Shown here: positions 57,726 to 64,000 of the stretch, piece after piece
How the letters are laid out: every line of letters begins with the position of its first letter
Position numbering within the stretch: the first letter of the stretch is position 1
Assembly (NCBI GenBank): GCA_963721485.1
Contig: CAVRJV010000014.1
Span: forward strand, 72,443 to 136,442
Length of the DNA: 64,000 nt
From: an uncultured delta proteobacterium
GTDB lineage: Bacteria > Desulfobacterota > Binatia > Binatales > Binataceae
Direction of reading: 5' to 3'
Notes under the pieces: model-generated
What the model was told of the DNA's origin: nothing
Seen by the model: the letters and a program-made list of their open reading frames with translations, nothing else
The model's database searches: none
Translations under genes and position numbers: made by a program

Positions 57726-59974
57726 ATCGCGCGCAAGGAAAAAGAGAAACCGCCGATCGAGCTGACTCCTCCGCCGCCGCCGGTCGAGGAGGTTTCGACC
57801 GCGCCGTCGCCGGGCGGCCGAATCGCGCGCGAGCTTTGCTCACTGGCGCTGCTCGCGTTCGCGGCGTTCGGCGCCGTCAGCCTCGTCAGCGTCGACATCG
57901 GGCGCAGTCCCAATCTCGGCGGTCCGGTCGGGCGCGGCAATCGCGGCAACGCTCGGCGGGCTCGTCGGATACGAGTCGTACACCGCGATGATACTGGTCG
58001 CGTGGCTCGCGCAGCGCGTGTGGACCGGCGCGAGAAATCGTCACGATCGCACGCGAGATCGGCGGCGGCGCGTTGCTGATTCTCGCGCTCGCGACCGCGG
58101 GCGCTTTGTGGAATCTGCCCGACGTGAAAATGGGTGGCGCGCTCGGCGCGCAAGTCGCCACTCAGCTGAGCGATTCGCTCAATGTCGCAGGCGGGCTGAT
58201 TGCGGTCGTGCTCGGATTGATTTGCGGCCTCGCGCTGATGCTGAAGCGCGCGCCGACGGAGTTGCTGGCGGGCGTCGCCAATAAAATTCGACCGCGTTCG
58301 CGGCACGATGACTTCGAACTTGCCGACTGATGCGCGCGTACCGTTCTCGCTGAGTGACAGACGATCAAGTCGAGACCGACGACGACAGCCTCAACGGCAA
58401 GCCGTCGCCGCTCAAGGTCAGGCTGCTCGAAATTCGCGAGAAGCGCGACAAAGTGGCGGCGGCGAAGCCGCGGCAGAAGGGCGCCTTCAAACTTCCGCCG
58501 CATTCGCTGCTCGATTTGCCGCCCGCCGAGCACGCGCAGGTGGACGAGGGCCAGCTCGAGCGCAGCGCGCGCGTGCTCGAGCAGAAGCTCGCGGACTTCG
58601 GCGTCGAGGGCCGCGTGGTCGAGGTGCAGCCGGGCCCGGTCGTCACGATGTACAAATTCGAGCCGGGCTCCGGCATCAAGGTCAGCCAGATCGTCAATCT
58701 CGCCGACGACCTCTCGATGGCTCTGCGGGCGGCCGCGGTGCGAATCCAGGCGCCGGTGCCGGGCGAGGCCGTGGTCGGAATCGAGGTGCCGAATCGCAAG
58801 CGCGAGCGCGTTTTTCTGCGCGAGATTCTCGAGGCCGAGGAATTTTCGGCGGCGCAAAGCCAGCTCACTATCGCGCTCGGCAAGGATATCGCCGGGCGTC
58901 CGGTGGCGGCCGACCTCGCCAAGATGCCGCATCTGCTGATCGCCGGCGCGACCGGCACCGGCAAGTCGGTTTCGCTGCACACGATGATCGCGTCGATTCT
59001 GTTCAACGCGACCGCCGACGACGTGCGCCTGATCCTGGTCGATCCGAAGATGCTCGAGTTGTCGGTCTACGAAAATATTCCGCATCTGCTGGTGCCGGTC
59101 GTCGTCGATCCGCAGAAGGCCGCGTCGGCGTTGCTGTGGGCGACGCAGGAGATGGAGAGCCGGTACCTCAAGATGCGCGAGCTGGGCGTGCGCAATATCG
59201 ACGGCTACAATCATGCGCTCGCGTCGGGCGCGTCGATCGCGCAGCTCAAGATGGCGGGGCAGAGCATCCCGGCGTCGGATGATCCGAATCAGCCGGCAGT
59301 CGGCATGATCGAGCATCGCAAGCTGCCGAAGATCGTCATCATCATCGACGAGCTCGCCGATCTGCTGCTGAGCGAGGGCAAGACCGTCGAGCGCGATATC
59401 ACGCGCCTCGCGCAGAAGGCGCGCGCCGCCGGCATTCATCTGATCCTCGCGACGCAGCGGCCGTCGGTCGACGTGATCACCGGGCTCATCAAGGCGAATC
59501 TGCCCGCGCGCATCTCGCTGCAGGTGACCTCGCGCGTCGACTCGCGCACGATTCTCGATTCGATCGGCGCGGAACGCCTGCTCGGCGCGGGCGATATGCT
59601 CTTCATGCCGCCGGGCAGCGCGAAGCTTGCGCCGCCTGCACGGGCCGTTCGTCGGCGAGCATGAGATTCGCAAGCTCACCGATTTTCTGCGCGAGCAGGG
59701 CGCGCCCGAGTACCGCATGGAAATCCTCGACACCAAGGCGCCGGGCGACGAAGGCGGCGAGGGGCTCGGCGGCGACGTGCAGGACGAGATGTACGATGAG
59801 GCGGTGCGAATCGTGATGGAGACCAACCAGGCGTCGATCTCGATGATCCAGCGGCGGCTGCGAATCGGCTACAATCGCGCGGCGCGGATGGTCGAGCAGA
59901 TGGAGCGCGAGGGAATCGTGATGCCCGCCGACGGCGCCAAGCCGCGCGAAGTCCGGCTGCACAGCGCGCGATGA
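57726..59974 (+). CDS. ftsK: DNA translocase FtsK (frameshifted)
   Basis: N-terminal TMs, GPVVTMY, IAGATGTGKS, DPKMLE, DELADL, ATQRPSVD, gamma domain QRRLRIGYNRAAR. Confidence 0.95.
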
Positions 59975-60015
59975 ACGGTATGTCTTGCCGCTCGATTTCG
60001 TCTAAACAAAGCAGC

Positions 60016-60708
60016 ATGAAACAGAATTTGGAGTGCAACTTTTCCGGCGGTCGTGCTGCTACTGCGTCGCGGCCGCGCCGGCTCGAGCCGAAACGATGCG
60101 CCGCGACGGCCCGCCCGTCAGCAAGGACTTGAGGCAGGTGCTCGATCGCCTGCAGCGGCATTACCACGACACCAATTCGTTCACGGCGAAATTCAAGGAG
60201 GAGATCGCCACCGTCGGCGCGCCCACGCGCAAGCGCAGGGCACGGTTTCATTTCGCAAGCCCGGGCCGCATGCGATGGGAGTTCGACGGCGCCGGAGAAA
60301 CAAACGATCGTCAGCGACGGCGAGACGCTCTACAGCTACGATCCCGACCTCAACCAGGTGGTCGAGACGCCGCTGAAGCAGGCGCTTAAATCGAGCAGCG
60401 CGACGTCGTTCCTGCTCGGCATCGGCAATATCAAGCGCGACTTCAAGGCCGCATTCGCGCACTCCGCCGGCGGCGACCGGCCTCGTCGATTTGATCCTCG
60501 ACGCGAAGACCGGCGGCTACAAAATCGAAATGGGCCTCGATCCGAAGAGCTACAATCTGATGACGTTGACGCTCACCGATCAGCTTGGCGACGTGACCGA
60601 AGATCGACTTTCAGCGACATTCATGACAATGTCGAGCTGCCCGATTCGATCTTCGCCTTCAAGGCGCCGGCCGGCGCGGACATCGTGACGGCACCTGCCT
60701 CGCCGTGA
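60016..60708 (+). CDS. lolA: Outer-membrane lipoprotein carrier LolA (frameshifted)
   Basis: SFTAKF, KPGRMRWE, IVSDGETL..YDPDLNQV, FAFKAPAGADIV; directly follows ftsK. Confidence 0.85.
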
Positions 60709-60816
60709 CGATCTGATACACTAAGAAGTATGTTTGCGCGCTGACAGCTGAGGCGATTGCCTCGCGCGTATGCGACGAGTACTTTTAGAAGCCCCGTAGG
60801 TTTCCCGGTTCTGTAA

Positions 60817-62160
60817 ATGGAAAAAGTTCACCTTCTACGCTTGGATGCCCCAAGAATCTCGCCGACAGCGAGCTGATGCTTGGTGCGCTGACCTCCGCGG
60901 GCTTCGAGATCACGCTCGATCCCGAAGACGCGCAAGTCCTGCTGGTGAACACCTGCGCGTTTATCGAGGCCGCGAAGAAGGAATCGCTCGACGCGATCCT
61001 CGAGGCGGCGGAGGTCAAGAAGCGCGGCTTCGGCAAGCGGCTGGTGGTCGCGGGATGCTTGTCGCAGCGCTACGCCACTGAGCTCGCGGCGACGATGCCC
61101 GAAGTCGACGTGTTCGTCGGCACCGGCAACTTCCTCGATTTGCCCGAACTGCTGCGGCGGACCGAAGCGCCTGAGTCGCGGCCGATTCCCTACGCCGGCG
61201 CGGCGCATCTGCTGCCGACCGCCGCGATCCCGCGCATCAAGACCGGCGATTTCTTCACGTCTTACTTGAAGATTTCCGAAGGCTGCAATCACAAGTGCGC
61301 CTTCTGCATCATCCCGAAGATTCGCGGCCTGCATGAGAGCCGCCCGACTGCCGATCTCGTCGCCGAGGCGCGCAACCTCGCCGCCGGCGGCGTGCGCGAG
61401 CTCAACCTGATCGCGCAGGATTTGACCGCCTACGGCCGCGACCTCGACCAGCCGTCGTCGCTGGCGCGCGCTGCTGCGCGAGCTCTCGACTATCGACGAG
61501 CTCCGCTGGATACGACTGCTCTACTGCTATCCGAATTTCGTGACCGACGAGCTGCTCGACGCGATCGCCGAGTCTGCCGAAGGTCGTCAAGTATATCGAC
61601 ATGCCGCTGCAGCACGCCGACGACGCGATGCTGCGCGCGATGCGCCGCGAGCGCTCGGGCGCGGCGCTGCGTCAAGATGCTCGACCGCGTGCGCGAGCGA
61701 ATCCCCGGCGTCGTGCTGCGCACGTCGTTCATCGTCGGCTTTCCCGGCGAGACCGACGCGGCCTTCGAGCGCCTGGCGGATTTCGTGCGCAAGGAGCAAT
61801 TCGATCGCGTCGGCGTGTTCACCTACTCGCGCGAGGAGAATACCGCCGCGTTCGATTTGCCGGACCAGGTGCCCGAGCGCGTCAAGCGCGCGCGGCGGGC
61901 GCGCCTGATGGCGACGCAGGCGGAGATTTCGCTGGAGAAGAATCGCGGGCTGGTCGGACGCGAAGTTGAAGTGCTGGTCGAAGGTCCGATGCCGGGACGC
62001 TCGACGCGGATGCGCGGCGCGAACCTCGGGCCAGGCGCCGGAAATCGACGGCTCGGTATTTCTTGCGGGCGAGGCGGAGCCGGGCGAGTTCGTCCGCGCG
62101 CGAATCGACAAGGCGCTCAGCTATGATCTGCACGCGACGGTCGCCGGCGCGGCCGCTTAA
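60817..62160 (+). CDS. rimO: Ribosomal protein S12 methylthiotransferase (frameshifted)
   Basis: LGCPKNLADSE, NTCAFI, GCNHKCAFCIIP radical-SAM motif, IVGFPGET, QAPEIDG TRAM domain. Confidence 0.93.
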
Positions 62161-62182
62161 TATAGTGGGAGTCGCAAATTCG

Positions 62183-62635
62183 ATGCCGAAGAAACAGCTG
62201 CCGCGAACCGAAAGAAGTTTCTGGCCAAAGCGCGCGAACAACTGCTCGAAACCAAAGACCAAGCTGCTCGGCGAGATCGATTCCGAGTTGCGCGCCGAAC
62301 GCGAGGGCAACAAGGACGAGGGCATGGACGCCTATGACCTCGCGTCCGAGGAGCGCGATCGCGAAATCAATTTCATCCTGTCGGATCGCGAGCGCGTCAA
62401 GATCAAGCAGATCGACGACGCGCTCGCGCGCCTCGACGACGGCAGCTATGGCGTTTGCGAGTCATGCGGACTGGAGATCGGCGAGGAACGCCTCGAAGCG
62501 ATGCCGTTCTCGCGGCTGTGCCGCGACTGTCAGCAGGACCAGGAGCGCGAAGCGAAATCGCAGCGCCGATTCGACGACGAGCCGCAAACCTATCGCAAGG
62601 TCGGCTCGACCGACGCCGACGACGAGAGCGCCTAA
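62183..62635 (+). CDS. dksA: DksA/TraR C4 zinc-finger protein
   Basis: DAYDLA (DxxDxA) coiled-coil tip; YGVCESCG.EI..ERL.A.P...LCRDCQ. Confidence 0.85.
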   Translation: MPKKQLPRTERSFWPKRANNCSKPKTKLLGEIDSELRAEREGNKDEGMDAYDLASEERDREINFILSDRERVKIKQIDDALARLDDGSYGVCESCGLEIGEERLEAMPFSRLCRDCQQDQEREAKSQRRFDDEPQTYRKVGSTDADDESA

Positions 62636-62765
62636 CGCCCGCGCGCACCATTGTTTACCGCACCACTCAAACCAGTCATCCTAGGCGGAATAACATGCGC
62701 GGAATCCGGCAGTGCTTAACGGTCGCTCAGGATCGCTGACGGTGAGAGATTTCGGCAAGCAGTTA

Positions 62766-63708
62766 ATGAGAATATTTTCCGATATAGGCAACGGCGGATC
62801 CGTCGAGATAGCCGACGTGCGCGAGCGGATTCGCGCCAATCTCTCCGGCGTCGGCGCGACGATCGCACTCGCCAGCGCTCGCGGCGGGGTCGGCAAGAGC
62901 ATGCTCGCGGTGAATATCGCGGCCGCGTTGGCGCTGAAAGGCCGCAAGGTCGCGATCGTCGACGCCGACCTGAACTCGCCCAGTATCGCGGCGATGCTCG
63001 GGATGAAACCGCAGCGGCGCCTCCCGATGATCGAAGGAATCGAGCCGGCTGCGGGACCGCATGGCTTGCGCGTCGTGTCGAGCGATCAGCTTCCCGGCGG
63101 TGAGGCGCCGCCGATGAGTTTCGCGCAGGATTTCGATCAGACTCGACGGCAACAATGGCGGCGAGCCAGTCGCGCCCGCGCCGGCGCGTCCGGCGGAACT
63201 GAGCTATCGCGACGCGCTCAGTCGAATCCTCGCGCAGTCGCAGTTCGGGAGCGTGGACTTGTTGATCATCGATCTCGCGACCGGCCTCGATCGATTGTAC
63301 TCGCTGGCCTCCGATGGTCGCGCTCGACGGTGTCGTGCTGCTGAGTCATCCGTCGTCGCAGGATACCGCGCCGCGCGCGAGGCGATGAAGATTGCGCGCG
63401 AGATCGGCGCGCCAATCGTCGGCATCGTCGAGAACATGGTCGGCTTCAACTGCGACGGATGCCGCTCGGTGCGGCCGCTGTTCCCGAGGGCGACCTCCAC
63501 GGAGTCGCGCGCGAGGCTGCGGTGCCGATACTGGCGCGGCTCGCGTTTGAACCGCGGCTCGCGGACAGCACCGATCGCGGCGTGCTGTTCGTGCGCGAAT
63601 ACGCGTCCACGCCAACCGGCAAAGTGCTCGCCGATATCGCCAATCAGATCGACGCGATGATTGCTCCGCGCACTCGCGCAGTCGAACCGCCCGCTTACGC
63701 GCACTTAG
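62766..63708 (+). CDS. Mrp/NBP35(ApbC)-like P-loop NTPase, divergent (frameshifted; end approximate)
   Basis: ASARGGVGKS, DADLNSPSI, GIVENM..F.CDGC. Confidence 0.8.
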
Positions 63709-63709
63709 T

Positions 63710-64000
63710 CGCTAGTCGGAATCTTCGTTCTCGTCGGCCGCGGTCAGCACCGAGTCGGCCACGCGCGAGTATTCGAACATCCCGGCTCCGCGATGGGCGC
63801 CGGTGCTGAAGCGTCGCGAAGCCGAGCGAGGTGTAGATGCGCGACTGCTCGGGTCCGGGCCGCGACAGCGGAATGAAGCATTCGACGCTGCCCTCGAGCT
63901 CGCATGACGACCCGTCCGCGCGCGTCAGCGATGCGCGAAATGCGATGCGGCGGCTTCTTCGACGGAAGGCGTTTCGATCGTGAGATCGCGCAGCTCGCAC
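63710..64000 (-). CDS. 3' part of a hypothetical protein running off the window
   Basis: Open frame ...ASLTRADGSSCELEGSVECFIPL...; no family recognised. Confidence 0.35.

Overview
GC-rich bacterial chromosome segment. The TCGA/GATC-rich composition and gene repertoire suggest Candidatus Binatota or a related deltaproteobacteria-like soil lineage (inference). It is mostly housekeeping: 2-oxoacid dehydrogenase E1a/E1b/E2, an Mla/Pqi-type MCE transporter, nuoB-nuoF-nuoG, a hybrid kinase with Hpt, thiO, lhr, acnA, ilvB, ssb, rnj-ftsK-lolA-rimO-dksA and an Mrp-like ATPase. Many genes carry single-base frameshifts that look like long-read assembly errors, so their ends are approximate. I saw no rRNA, tRNA, CRISPR array, integrase or transposase. 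The main observation is two small integrase-free islets, each inserted at the 3' end of a protein-coding gene and flanked by a diverged duplicate of that gene's final codons. One is an emrAB-type efflux cassette (~34.7-38.0 kb) bounded by 43-bp repeats encoding ASVRLDAA(S/A)PQPA-stop. The other is a more AT-rich islet (~18.7-21.4 kb) carrying a stand-alone TIR-like gene with its own promoter, bounded by 25-bp repeats encoding A(T/P)YFP-stop. A ~100-bp multi-hairpin intergenic element also occurs twice (9.3 kb and 48.3 kb).
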